A stretch of 64,000 nt of DNA from Octopus vulgaris (GCA_951406725.2 OX597823.1:11532001-11596000), one strand, 5' to 3'. Positions 1-13,462 are shown, counted from the first letter of the stretch. Made by a program: numbers and translations. Notes: a model not told the origin generated them from the letters alone.

Positions 1-1180
1 TAGGCTCCCTTGTTAGCTCATCAAGGATTATTTATTAGAATATCAGTGCAGAGCTCTGGATACTTTTGAATCAAAACCACATTTGGATACTTTCAAAGAA
101 ATCGGATCTCCCTCTTCAGTGTTGAAGCTTAACTACTTCACTTAATAGTCCCTTTACTCCACACCTTAGTGTGTTGTTTATACAGCTTAATAATACAGCT
201 AAGTATTACTAGATTAAACTATTGTTAAAGATATGTTCTCAGCTCAGCTCCAATCATTTGGCAAATCATATCTTAAGCTCAAATCATATTAGGATAAAAA
301 GCTTGGTCTTCTGTATCTACATTCAGTCCCTTAACCCAGCACTTAAGGCAAGTTTCTTCTACCATAGATTCCTGGTTGACTAATACCCAGTGAGTGAAGT
401 TAGACATATATTGTGCAGGTGTCCATCAGGCAGACTGTACCTGTTTTTAGGAAGTAGGCTCACTCTCCGTCTGGTTTTAACACCAGCTGATCTTTGGATA
501 CCTTTAGTCCACTATATTAGAGTCAAACCAGGATTCTGCACTGAGGATGACTCAAAATTTTGATGAGCTACTGTCTATTGCATCCTATGAATAGTGGTTC
601 TTCTTTAACCCCTCTTTAGCAGTCTCAGAAACTTTGCCAAAACTTAAGAACTTTCCTTCTTTCTCTGACTAAACCATAAAAAAAAATTAAGAAAAAAATG
701 TGTTACATTTTTTTCTTATTAACTGACAAGTACTTAGAATTAATTATGAAATCATCTACTGATTAATTACTTCTCTTAAATATAGCAATTAAGCAAATTT
801 TTGCAGAACAATAATCCAATAGCTTATTACAATGATTGAGTTTAATACAAATGTTATTCTGGAAGTGAATGGAAATTGAGATGCTGTTTTCTTCCTGAAA
901 TTGTATCGAAGAATGTGTGTGTGTCTGTGAAAGTTAAAGTAATGGTGGAATAGAATAAAAATACTAAACAAAACACTTAAAATGTAGAAATGTTGTGTGG
1001 AATACTGGATTTTAGGTTTTATCACAATATTTCTCTATACAATTAAATTGATTGCCATATGTGAATGTATATCATAGACTAAAAAAGAAAAAAAAAACAA
1101 AAAAAAAAACAAAAGTGGTTTGTCTTTTTTTTTTTTAATGAAGTTTATTCCTAATTAGAATTTTCTTCTTCTACCTACAG

Positions 1181-1210
1181 AAATAAATCATTGGAAATTT
1201 ATGTATGAAG
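1181..1210 (+). CDS. Candidate 30-nt microexon in the Ig1-Ig2 intron, (E)INHWKFMYE
   Basis: Branch-like CCTAAT at 1150-55; ttttcttcttctacctacAG acceptor; donor AAG|GTAAAA. Only the phase-1 frame is free of stops, and phase 1 is what the downstream LAR exon needs. Confidence 0.5.
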
Positions 1211-1329
1211 GTAAAATTTATTATAGTAAAAGTAGATGCAACTAATTAACAAATCATTTAATAAATTATTTAAATATGATGCATTTTAAAGATAATTCCT
1301 AATTTGGGGATAGTTGTTCTTTCTACTAG

Positions 1330-1341
1330 AAAATCTTATAG
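1330..1341 (+). CDS. Candidate 12-nt microexon, (E)NLI
   Basis: ttgttctttctactAG|AAAATCTTATAG|GTTGTT; open in phase 1-1; weak donor. Confidence 0.2.
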   Translation, partial: KIL

Positions 1342-1486
1342 GTTGTTGTCAGCTTTTTATGTGTGACCCCTTACAGTATTTTAGGGGGAGGCTGGTTAGG
1401 TTGCAACCTATAATCACTACTGTTTTAGAAAATGATGCTGTAATTTCATCATATATATTACATGTACGTGTGTGTGTATATATATT

Positions 1487-1535
<49 letters not shown>

Positions 1536-1701
1536 TTATATATATACATATATATTCACAGCCAGTAATGTGTAACTTATTAAACTGTCTTAAATCAATG
1601 TCATATATCTTATATTAAATCATACATATATATATATATCAGTAAATACAGAGTGTCTACCTGCAACCTATCAGCCTTTTCTTCCTACCTGCCTGTTGCA
1701 G

Positions 1702-1730
1702 CATTTCAATGTGAATTCTGTGCTAGTGTT
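1702..1730 (+). CDS. Candidate 29-nt exon, (A)FQCEFCASV, phase 1 to 0
   Basis: ccttttcttcctacctgcctgttgcAG acceptor with two UGC; donor GTT|GTACGT. Keeps frame only if followed by a phase 0-1 exon such as 21070-21079. Confidence 0.2.
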
Positions 1731-2715
1731 GTACGTTTCAGTTTTATTGGTCTTCATTTAGTGTGTTCACTGTGTTCGGTATTTCTTAATCAATGCACTT
1801 TTATATATAGTAGCACTATTTTCATACTGTACACTCAGATTATTTGAATTATATTCCCTCTCAGTCTCTCACTCTCTTATTGCTCTGTCTGTCTATCTAT
1901 CTATCTATCTCTCTATCATATATATATAAACATGTCTCTCTCTCTCTCTTTGTCTCCCTCTCTCTCTTTCTCTTTCACTTTCACTTTCTCTCTCTAATCC
2001 CTCTTAAGCTCTTTGTAAGTAATTATTTGAAGTATATACAGCAAAAAATGTTTTTACTGAATACTTTGGGAATTGTGATGAATTCATTAACCTTGCACTG
2101 ATAAATAGAAATATGTTTGGGGATATACACAGACATACAGTTATATATATATATGTGTATCATATATCTCTATATATGTTCCACATATGATTGATGTATG
2201 TGTGTGTCTATATCTATATGTCTGTATACACTTACGTGTGTGTTTGTGTGCGCATATTAATATATACATGCACTCACATGTGCATGTATATATGTGTCTA
2301 ATCTCTATGCTTAAATGTGTGTGTGTGTGTATGTATGTATGTATATATGTATATATATACACACACACATATGTACTCGTTATATGTATATATTTCTGCA
2401 TAGGTATGTGTGCTTATGTATATGTAAAGCTGGTACCTGAAAATAAACGCATCAAGCTCACTATGAATTGGTTAGCGTTGTTAGGAAAGGCATTGCAGCC
2501 ATAGAAACCACGATAGAAATAACACATAGTAGCAACATGTCCTTCAAACTTTTGAGTTCTGTTGATCCATCCGACCCATGCCAGAATGGAAAAAAAAAAA
2601 CAGACTTAAAATGAAATAATGATGTGTTTGTGTGTGTGTGTGTGTGTAATATCAAATATCTGCTTACATTTGGATATTACGTTTTTGTATGTGTGTACAT
2701 ACAAATTTCATTTAT

Positions 2716-3200
2716 ACATCATCATCATCATCATCATTTAGCGTCCGCTTTCAATGCTAGCATGGGTTGGACGGTTCAATTGGGGTCTGTGAAGCCAGAT
2801 GGCTGCATCAGGCCCAGTCTGATCTGGCAGTGTTTCTACGGCTGGATGCCCTTCCTAACGCCAACCACTCCGTGAGTGTAGTGAGTGCTTTTTACGTGCC
2901 ACCTGCACAGGTGCCAGGCGAGGCTGGCATCGGCCACGGTCGGATTGGTAAAAAAGCACCTATTACACTCTTAGAGTGTTTGGCGTTAGGAAGGGCATCC
3001 AGTCATAGAAAACCATGCCAAATCAGACTGGGGTCTGGCACAACTTACTAGTGGGTGCTTTTTACGTGCCACCCGCACAGGTGCCAGACGGAGCTGGCAA
3101 ACGGCCACGGACGGATGGTGCTTTTTACATGCCACCGGCATGGGGGCTAGGCGAGGCTGGCAACGGCCACGATCGAATGGTGCTTTTTACATGCCACCGG
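2716..3200 (-). mobile_element. SINE-like family A ((GAT)n tail, GGCGTTAGGAAGGGCATCCAGC core) with an inverted internal insert
   Basis: Near-identical to the many other family A copies in the window; starts with (CAT)n on the + strand. Confidence 0.85.
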
Positions 3201-3700
3201 CATATCTATATATGTTTGTGTGCATATCTGAATATACATGTATGTATATATACACACAATCACACATATGGCATATAGTATACATGCATATATATAGAGA
3301 GAATATTTATCATATGCATACATCATATACATTCATGCTCACACACACACACACATATAATAATCTACCTTTGTCCCTTCTTGTATTAAGTGTTTGTAAA
3401 TGGTCTTGGTCTTCTTAAATACGATTTGTAAACCACTTACTGCATTGCATTTATAAATGTGTGTGCGTGTGTATAAGAGAACTATGTACTCCTATCCCTA
3501 TATATGGGTATACATACCTGTGTGTGTGTGTGGCAATGTCATTAGAAGTTTGCTTCCCAACCACATGGTTCTGGGTTCAGTCCTACTGCATGGCATCATA
3601 GGAAAGCATCTTTTGCTATAAGCCTTAGGGCAACCAAAGCTTTGTGAGTGGATTTGGTAGATAGAAAGAAAGAAACTGAGACTCTGATGTCTTTATGTGT

Positions 3701-3746
<46 letters not shown>

Positions 3747-3751
<5 letters not shown>

Positions 3752-3911
3752 CACCTATTACACTCTTAGAGTGTTTGGCATTAGGAAGGGCATCCAGTCA
3801 TAGAAAACCATGCCAAATCAGACTGGGGTCTGGTGCAACTTACTAGCCCTGGTCAAACCGTTCAACCCATGCTAGCATGGGCAATGAATGTTAAATGATG
3901 ATGATGATGAT
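3747..3911 (+). mobile_element. Family A partial copy inside an older family C element (about 3525-4150)
   Basis: Core motif plus (GAT)n tail, flanked by (TA)n. Confidence 0.75.
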
Positions 3912-3916
3912 TTGTG

Positions 3917-3957
<41 letters not shown>

Positions 3958-4537
3958 GCACACATACTTAAACACACACATGTGTGTTTGTGTGTGTGTT
4001 TCCTACCACCATTGTGTGACTACTGGTGTTGATGTATTTATGATCTTGTAACCTAGAGGTTCAGTAAAATAAGCCTGAAGCTTCAATAAAAAATAAATGT
4101 ATAAGTATTGGTGTCTGGTTGTCAGACTAGAATTCTTCAGGCCAATGCCCTAGCAGGGGCACAGCCTAGTAGGTGAAACAAGTAAAAGATATATATACGT
4201 ATCACTGTGTTTTCCATTATCTTGATATCATATGTTGATTGTAAATGAGCACCACTGTCATACAAGTGGTGCTGAGTATTTATTGTCATCGATAGTGATA
4301 TATGTTTCTTTGCTTGGAAACAAGTGAGGATTGGCAGCTGGAAGAGCATCCAGCTAGTTAAAATCAACCTCAAAAAGTATGGAAAATTAAGCAATGATGA
4401 TATGTGTGTTTCTGTATGTGTGTACATGTACATACACTTACACAACTACTGTGTATATATATATATATATATATATATGTCAAACCATCCATCACATGCC
4501 AACATGGATAGAGGATGTTAAAGGATGATAACAATAT

Positions 4538-4680
4538 ATCATCATCATCATCATCATCATTTAGCGTCCGTTTTCCATGCTAGCATGGGTTGGACGGTTT
4601 AACTGGGGTCTGTGAAGCCGGAAGGCTTCATCAGGCCCAGTCAGATTTGGCAGTGTTTCTACGGCTGGATGCCCTTCCTA
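4538..4680 (-). mobile_element. Family A, truncated copy
   Basis: (CAT)n followed by ttagcgtccg...ggatgcccttccta. Confidence 0.8.
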
Positions 4681-5061
4681 ATATATATATATTTTACAGA
4701 AAGGTTGACTAACTCTCCCTTGTTGTGTAGAGTTGCACTTATCTATGATTTCTAGCTTCAACAAAAACAAAATGTGTCTAGATATAGGTGTGCCAGTGTA
4801 TAGATATGTGTGTATGTATGTATATATATATATACATATATATATATATGCATGCATGTGTGTTTTTAGTTGAATATGTGTGTATATATCATATATCCTT
4901 AAAATCCTTAAATCCTTAAAAATGTTTTAGCCCGAAGGCCGCGGCCATGCTGGGGCACCACATATATATATATATTTGTGTGTGTGTATATGTATATATA
5001 TATATATGTGTATATGTATGTGCATGTATATATATGTATCTATATGTATATCTATATTGCT

Positions 5062-5092
<31 letters not shown>

Positions 5093-5559
5093 TTATATAT
5101 ATGTATGTGTGTGTATATGTACATATATATATATATGTGTGTGTGTTTATATATACATGTGTGTGTGTGTGTGCATATATACATATATGTTTGTGTGTAT
5201 GTATACATATGCATATATCATCACCATATTCATTTAGTGCCTGCTTTCCATACAGGCATGGTTTGGTTGGTTTGACAAGAGCTGACTAACTGGAGTGCTG
5301 CCCATGATCCATGTCTGCTTTGGCATGGTTCCTATGGCTGGATACGCTTCCTAATGCCCAACACCTGATTTTACTGGATGACCTTATGCAACACCGGCAT
5401 GGGTGCATTTATGTGGTACCAGTCCCCATGAGCCTGCACTATAAGGAATTCTCAGCTGGATAGCGATTTAGGAAACAAACCTGTATGCAAGGACAACCAT
5501 GCTTTTACTTAGGTTGATGTGTCTTTTCAAGCACAGCAAGCCACCAGGAGTCTCTGTCA

Positions 5560-6545
5560 TCCCCTCTGTGAGTCCCAAAATCTGTAGATCCTTTCTCAGC
5601 GCTTTGTCCTACATCATCCTGAGTCTACCCTTTCCACATGTTCCCTCTACTATTAGAGATCAGCGTTGTTTTCATTCATATGCATTACATGCCAGTCTTC
5701 TCTCTTGCACACCACATCTGATGCCATGCATACCCAGCTTTTCTCTCAAATCACAATCTGTTGTACATCCACACTAAAATTACCCCTCCAGTGGAGCACA
5801 CTGGCTATATTTCTTTCAAGCCTTCACATATTCCCAGTAGTTGCAGCCTATGTCTCTCTGCCATGTAGCATAATTTTTCATACACAAGCACCATGCAATC
5901 TGCCTTTCACTCTGAAGGAGCAGCCCTTTGTAACTAACAGAGGTAGTAGCTCTCTGAATTCCCCCCAACTTCTAGCAACTATGCTTTCGGAACAACCTCT
6001 CCAACTACTAACTTGGTCACCTTATTAACAGAAACTGTCTGCTACTTCCAAGGCTCCTCCCTGACATTTCAGGAAGTCTATTTTTTCTGCATTCCTAGTG
6101 CTTAATGTACTTGCACGCCTGCCACGTGTAAAGACTACATTCACTGTTAGTCTTCCACTGATACAATGCACCTCTTCTGTATCCACAGCTTGCACTGTAT
6201 CCATAGCTTATGGAGTTTCTCCCGACACCTCTTCTAGATATCAAGCAGAGCCATCTTCCTGTTTTCCTACTTGTCAAAACTTTGGTCTTTGCTAACTTAA
6301 CTATAAGGCCCTTTGATTCCAATCTGTGCTTCCATACCTAAAATTTCTTCTCTACTTCTGGTAGGGATTTAGCAGTAAGAACATGGTCATCAGTGTAGAG
6401 AGTTCCCAAGGGCAGCTAGTCTTAATGAAGGACCGTGATAAACTAGATGGGGCTAAAAACTGATCCATAGGGGACTCCTGTTTGTGCACTAAACTCCTTG
6501 CTGTACTCATTAGCAATTCTCACATTACTGACAGCATCCCTGTAC
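5560..6545 (-). mobile_element. Decayed LINE reverse transcriptase fragment (RTE-like)
   Basis: Minus-strand remnants GVPYGSVFSP, LPWE-LYTDD (YADD motif) and LESKGLIVKLAKTKVL, with stops and frameshifts. Confidence 0.75.
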
Positions 6546-6597
6546 ATAGCTTCTACTTACGTATATCTATATATGTATATACGCACATATATATGCA

Positions 6598-6669
<72 letters not shown>

Positions 6670-6675
6670 AAATAT

Positions 6676-6963
6676 TAGGGAATAAATCCAAACTTACAGG
6701 GAAAAATCAGATTTAGGATTGAATCCAATTTTATAGTAAAATATTATATTATATTAAATTACAGACAAAACCACTATTAGGCAAATCATACAATGAAAAA
6801 CTTAAGCCAATACATAAGATTAATTAATTTATATTATTTGAATATATATCAAAATTATTAAAAAAGATAATTAGTATTAAATAATATAAATTAATTAATC
6901 TTATGTATTGGCTTAAGTTTTTCATTGTATGATTTGCCTAATAGTGGTTTTATCTCTAATTTA

Positions 6964-6972
<9 letters not shown>
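6676..6972. repeat. (TA)n-embedded repeat with an internal fold-back of about 94 bp; second copy at 47958-48258
   Basis: 6746-6839 is the reverse complement of 6879-6972. The same head, ttagggaataaatccaaacttacagggaaaaat, recurs at 47958. Confidence 0.85.
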
Positions 6973-7009
<37 letters not shown>

Positions 7010-7199
7010 CATATTTATATACATGTATATATTTAGCAAGTTGGGCCTCATTTCAGTGAGGGAAGCTGATACACAATGATGCTGTTGTGAGGAGGGCCCT
7101 GAAATGGCATACGTTCTGTCCTGATGACCCCATAAACTTGGTAGAATCTAGCATGTGGAGCTTTCAACTGGTAGCACTTGCATTAGCATATTGTTTGCA

Positions 7200-7750
7200 A
7201 AGAAAATGTAAATATATATGTGTATATATGCATGTGCACATGTGTGCACATGTGTGTATATATGTGTATATATACATTTGTTCATATATAAGTGTATGCA
7301 TATATATATATATATATGTTCATATATATGTGTATGTATAATATATTTACATGTGAATATATAAATGCGTGTGAGTATATATATATGCATATATGTGTAT
7401 ATATGTATATATATGTGTGTGTGTGTGTGCATATATATATATATGTTCATATATATGTGTATGTATAATATATTTACATGTGAATATATAAATGCGTGTG
7501 AGTATATATATATGCATATATGTGTATATATGTATATATATGTGTGTGTGTGTGTGCATATATATATATATATGCCTATATATATGTATGTATATATATA
7601 TATACATATGTATATGTGCATATATATATGTATGTATATATATATATACATATGTATATGTGCATATATATATGTATGTATATATATATATACATATGTA
7701 TATGTGCATATATATATGCATGTATATATATATATATATATATATATGAA
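7200..7750. repeat. Compound (TA)/(TG) microsatellite with a tandem duplication of about 132 bp
   Basis: The block ataatatatttacatgtgaatatataaatgcgtgtgag occurs twice, at about 7338 and 7466. Confidence 0.8.
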
Positions 7751-8878
7751 TATATCCTACATTATCAGCACCACGCAGTGATTAGACATATACGACTTTT
7801 AAGCTAATTAAAACATTTGTGACATTTTAACTTCTACAAGCAAATTCACTCCAGTTACTGTGGAAAAAGAAGTTTCCCTTAAATAAATCACATTTTAACT
7901 TATATATAAAACCCTCTCAGAGTGAGATATACTAAAAACTTGCTCATGACATGAGTACATGTATATATAAGTGTGTAGATATATATGCCTATATATAGTA
8001 TATATATATATATGCAGATGTATTCCTTGTGTGAAGGAATCAAACAATCGGACAGCCAATTGGGGAAATTTGATTTGACCAATAGACATAAAGGGAGAGA
8101 GAACCAGTCTTTTTGTTAATTATTGGCATAATGACCCAATTTGCAAGATAACGTATATACATAAGATCGGGACGTAACTGTAGATTTGGTTCTCAACATT
8201 ACTTTAGCATTGCATTCTGAATGTTGTAATCTTTACATGTGTTTCTCCAGCTTATAGTTTTATGTAACAATTGTTACAAAGACAGTTGAATAATCACCTT
8301 ATAATATCAGGTCATCAGAAACAAATAAATTCACGTCATTGTGTAGCACTCCTTCTGATAATTACCACTTAATATACTAGAATACGCTGGTGAAACACAT
8401 GTAAAGATTATGTAATTTATAGTGTAATAATTTAAAAAATTTTTATTTCTGAAACTACAATTGTATGTTGATTTTAGATTTACAACATGTTATTTATTGA
8501 AACGATAATTGCAATAGAAATTATAACCCTTTTCTTATCAAACCACTTCAAAATTCACCTGTTTCTTTAATAAAAAGTTCTTGTTTTAAAGTTATCCAAA
8601 TTAAAATATTCCATCAAAATTTCCTGTAAATTTATGTTCTAAACATTCAGCTTAATAATGCTTATTTTATTAAATTTTTAATTATTTTCAAAACTGATTG
8701 AAATAAAGACCATGTATTGCCATAGAAATAAGGTAACAAAAAGGTTTAATATTTGACGGAAAGTTGGATTTCTATTTACATCAAGTTCTAAGGAAATGTT
8801 AACTGCTATGCTACCTCATTTGAAATGCTAACTTTTCAATATGTGTGTGTGTTTTTGTTATGTATATGTGTATGTAAT

Positions 8879-8910
<32 letters not shown>

Positions 8911-9631
8911 ATAAATATTTACATACATGCATAAATATGTATATGATATATATGTATAAATACATGTGTGTGTATATATATTTATGCATATATACATCGT
9001 TTTCTGTATATGTACCTATTATATTTACACACGTGTTATATAGATGTGTGTGTATATTTATCTATATATGTATAAATATGTATACATATATCTATATGTA
9101 GATAAAGGTATGTATATATGAAAATGCATATATGCGTGTATATATACATATGTATAATCATATCAGACTATGGATGACTAAATTACAACAGGTATATAAC
9201 ATATGTGTGTGTGTGTGTGTTTTACTGTGTATTAGGATATATATTTTTTTAAATGTATGGGCATATATGTATATCATGTATATATGTACAGGTGCAAGTA
9301 TGACCATGTAGTTAAATATGTTTCATGAGCACCTCATCCCAGGTCCAGATTCAATCCCATTGTTTGACACCTTGGGTGTGTGCCTTTTACTATAAACCAT
9401 GGGTCAACCAAAACCTTGTGATTGGGTTTGGTATACTTACTCTCTAACAAGAATAGTATTGACAGTGATTCAAGGTTTTGGCTAGCTAACTCATCTTGAG
9501 ACTTTGCTGCATGAAATTAATCTTGTCTTTATATAGTTTCTGTTGAGATGAAATTTTTCTGGTGTATGTGGCATTCAGTTGAATGGCAACTAGGTTGTAG
9601 GTTATGTTGCGATGGAGTGTTGTGGATAGTT

Positions 9632-9852
9632 TTTATTGATTTAATTTGGGGTTTTCTTATTGTTCAAAATTTATTAATGCATGTAGAACTTTGTAAACAG
9701 GTGTGTATATTTAGGTGTGTCAGCTGTAGGTCATGCGAAAACAATCCTATGACCTGAAGGTGATGCACCTAAATATACACACCTCTTTACAACGTTCTAC
9801 ATGCACAAATAAATTTTGAACAATAACATAACCCCAAATTTGATTAATAAAA
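9632..9852. repeat. Imperfect fold-back (MITE-like) of about 220 bp
   Basis: Arms 9632-9734 and 9749-9852 are reverse complements with scattered mismatches; 14-nt loop. Confidence 0.8.
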
Positions 9853-10285
9853 ATTTCTTCAAAACACATCTTTCATACTTCTTGTCAGTGGTTACTTGTT
9901 TGTTTACGTTCCTGTAACTTTTAGTGGTTCAGTCAAAACGGCCAGTAGAGTAAGTACCAGGCTTCAAAAAATGGCTATAGTCCAGTGACTGAAGATGTGT
10001 ATGTCTATATATACACACACACGCACACACACACACGCACACACACACATAGATAGTATATTGTTTTTGAATTAAAACGGAAGTGGTGATTTTGTCTTAT
10101 GACTCATGTTTCATACCACGGATATCTCCTGGCAAAATGGCTCACAGTAGCATGAAACATGAAACACAAAACATCAGCTTTAATATCCTCTGTAAAATGT
10201 ATGGGCATACCCTTCTCATTCGACATGAAGCAACATATGAATGTATGTTATATATATATATATACATATATATACATATATATAC

Positions 10286-10347
<62 letters not shown>

Positions 10348-10610
10348 TTTATAATTAGGGTTCAGCAAAGATTTGCTTTATTACATACCGGAGTTTAGAA
10401 ATAGCAGCCAAAAAACCTTATCTATTTCCTCTACTTTAAAAAGGGACTCCCAGAAAAACAAAATACTTGAAAACAATCCACGCAGTGTTTTTGCAAATAT
10501 CACCCCTGCTGAGTAAAAGTTCAACAAATGCAGTATTAGATTAAAATAGCCATCTACGTAGGAAACTTAATGTAAATGAATTGTTGAAAAGCATATTTAC
10601 TTTGGAATTT

Positions 10611-11078
<468 letters not shown>

Positions 11079-11428
11079 TGTCCAAAGATAATAAATATAT
11101 CTCATGGATGTGGTGGGTTGCTGTTTGCAATACCAGTGAATAATTATTCACTGTTTATCTTAATACCAATGGCAACAAATTTCATTGAATGTGTAGATAG
11201 TGATATCTTTACTCTCTTAACTGATTGAATACTATACTACTTGTGTGTATGTGTATATATATATATATGTATGTATCAATGTATCAGCCAAACTATTGGA
11301 TGTTGTTATGCATCACTGGTCACAATATCCCTCCTTGGTTGTGCCCTTTTTTCCATCTTGGCTGAAATCATTTAATTACATTGTCTTGGAAGGCTTCTGA
11401 ATGGCTTTTTCTGATCTCTTGGATACCC

Positions 11429-11660
11429 ATTTCTTTATTACCCACAAGGGGCTAAACATAGAGGGGACAAACAAGGACAGACATAGGTATTAAGTCGATT
11501 ACATCGACCCCAGTGCGTAACTGGTACTTAATTTATCGACCCCGAAAGGATGAAAGGCAAAGTCGACCTCAGCGGAATTTGAATCACAACGTTGCGCCAG
11601 ACGAAATACCGCTAAGCATTTCGCCCGGCACGCTAACGTTTCTGCCAGCTCGCCACCTTT
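11429..11660 (-). mobile_element. tRNA-derived SINE family B with target-site duplication
   Basis: GTCGACTTTGCCTTTCATCCTTTCGGGGTCGAT core on the minus strand; atctcttggatacc repeated at 11414 and 11669. Confidence 0.9.
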
Positions 11661-11849
11661 TATGTGGTATCTCTTGGATACCACTTGGCAACTGCATGGG
11701 TACACCTGTTGTCTGTGACCCTTGCTATATGTTCAGCCTAGCTGAACTTATGCTTTTGGTATTCTATGACCATGTCCATTCAGTCTACTCCATTCCCAAA
11801 TTACCTCATTTCAGATATGCCTTCTAAGTGATATTCCAAATATGGATCG

Positions 11850-12140
11850 TTCCACGACCCTTTGCACCAGAGCCAATTAATGTTCTCTCTTCATAGTAGA
11901 CCTTAAAGTGAATCACTTGGAAACAAAATACATGCAGTCTGAAGGCCAAATAGAAGTGGGGAGTGATGAAATTGAGGAGGTATTGGAATATGCCTAATTA
12001 GGGCATGCAACAATAATTATGCTGAATCTCAGGGAGAAAAAAAGCAGGATGGATGGCATTTACCTCATTAAAAACTAAACTGAAGAAGGCCATATCTATC
12101 AGTCTCTTCAACAGCACTACCCTACCTGTGTTCATGTATG
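11850..12140 (+). mobile_element. Decayed RTE-like LINE fragment (RT C-terminal region)
   Basis: Translates to LKVNHLETKYM...IEEVLEYA*LG...KAGWMAF. Confidence 0.55.
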
Positions 12141-12170
12141 TGTGTGTGTGTGTATGTATATATAAGTATA

Positions 12171-12567
12171 CTAGCAGTATTGCCCGGCGTTGCTTGGGTT
12201 TGTAAGGGAAATAACTATATAAGCACTTTTAGAGATGTAAAGTATAATAGCCATCTCAATATGGCTAACCACAAAGCGGGGGTGTTACTGTAGCTTTTTA
12301 CGTTCTGAGATTTAATAATACATTTTTAGAGAGTTACTTCCCTTATATAATAGCAAAAAAAATGCATTAAAAATGGGAAAAAATTATGGTAAATTTTTTT
12401 TTAAATCGTAGACTCATCGTAGACGCGCGCTAATACCCAGAAGGGCTCAATATGAATCACGACTATAAGATACCCACTTTTGGTTACACTGCACCGCAAA
12501 ATGTGGGAGTAGTTAGGAATCTAAATCGTAGGAGGCAGACACACAACTTCACTTTTATATATAAAGA
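12171..12567 (-). mobile_element. Non-autonomous Helitron, copy 1
   Basis: On the minus strand: 5' TC start, subterminal hairpin CCC.AGCAACGCCGGG, CTAG 3' end, inserted at A|T with no TSD. Confidence 0.85.
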
Positions 12568-12748
12568 TATACATTTTTTTTAAAAGTTAAAACATGAAGC
12601 TGGGAGTTTGTTTTGCACCTTGAGTTTCATGCCACTGCAATCTTCAGGTGAAACCTTTCAGAGTCATAACTTTTCTGAAGATTCTGTGCACCCAGAAATA
12701 CTCCTCTTTTTTTCTGACAGTGAACACTAAATAGGTATTTTTTTTTTT

Positions 12749-13137
12749 TGGAAGCACTCCGTCGGTTACGATGATGAGGGTTCCGGTTGATCCGAATCAA
12801 CGGAACAGCCTGCTCGTGAAATTAACGTGTAAGTGGCTGAGCACTCCACAGACACGTGCACCCTTAACGTAGTTCTCGGGGATATTCAGCGTGACACAGA
12901 GAGTGACAAGGCCGGCCCTTTGAAATACAAACACAACAGAAACAGGAAGTAAGAGTGAGAGAAAGTTGTGGTGAAAGAGTACAGCAGGGATCACCACCAT
13001 CCCCTGCCAGAGTCTCGTGGAGCTTTTTTTAGGTGTTTTCGCTCAATAAACACTCACAACGCCCGGTCTTACTATCGAAACCGCGATCCTATGACCGCGA
13101 GTCCGCTGCCCTAACCACTGGGCCATTGCGCCTCCAC
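12749..13137 (-). mobile_element. tRNA-derived SINE family D with TSD
   Basis: Head GGCGCAATGGCCCAGTGGTTAGGGCAGCGGACTCGCGG on the minus strand; aaataggtat at 12729 and 13138. Confidence 0.88.
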
Positions 13138-13462
13138 AAATAGGTATATACATTAAAACACACACCTATACATATGATTTTATAATGCATCTTACATGTG
13201 AATCTGCATTAATGTTGATGGCCCTTAGTTTTATTCAAACAAAAATTGAATGTTTATCTGACCAGTTGCTCAGTGCACTAATATATCCCTCACTTGTAAA
13301 ACAGGTAAAGAGTAGCAAGAGAAATTGCATCTAGCTGTAAAAGCTTATCTCAATAACCTACCTGTCCAATTCATAGTAGCTTTGGAAAATAAACATTATA
13401 TGAGGTAGCAGTATATAAATATATGTGAGTGTGTGTGTGTGTATGCATATGTATAATGTATA

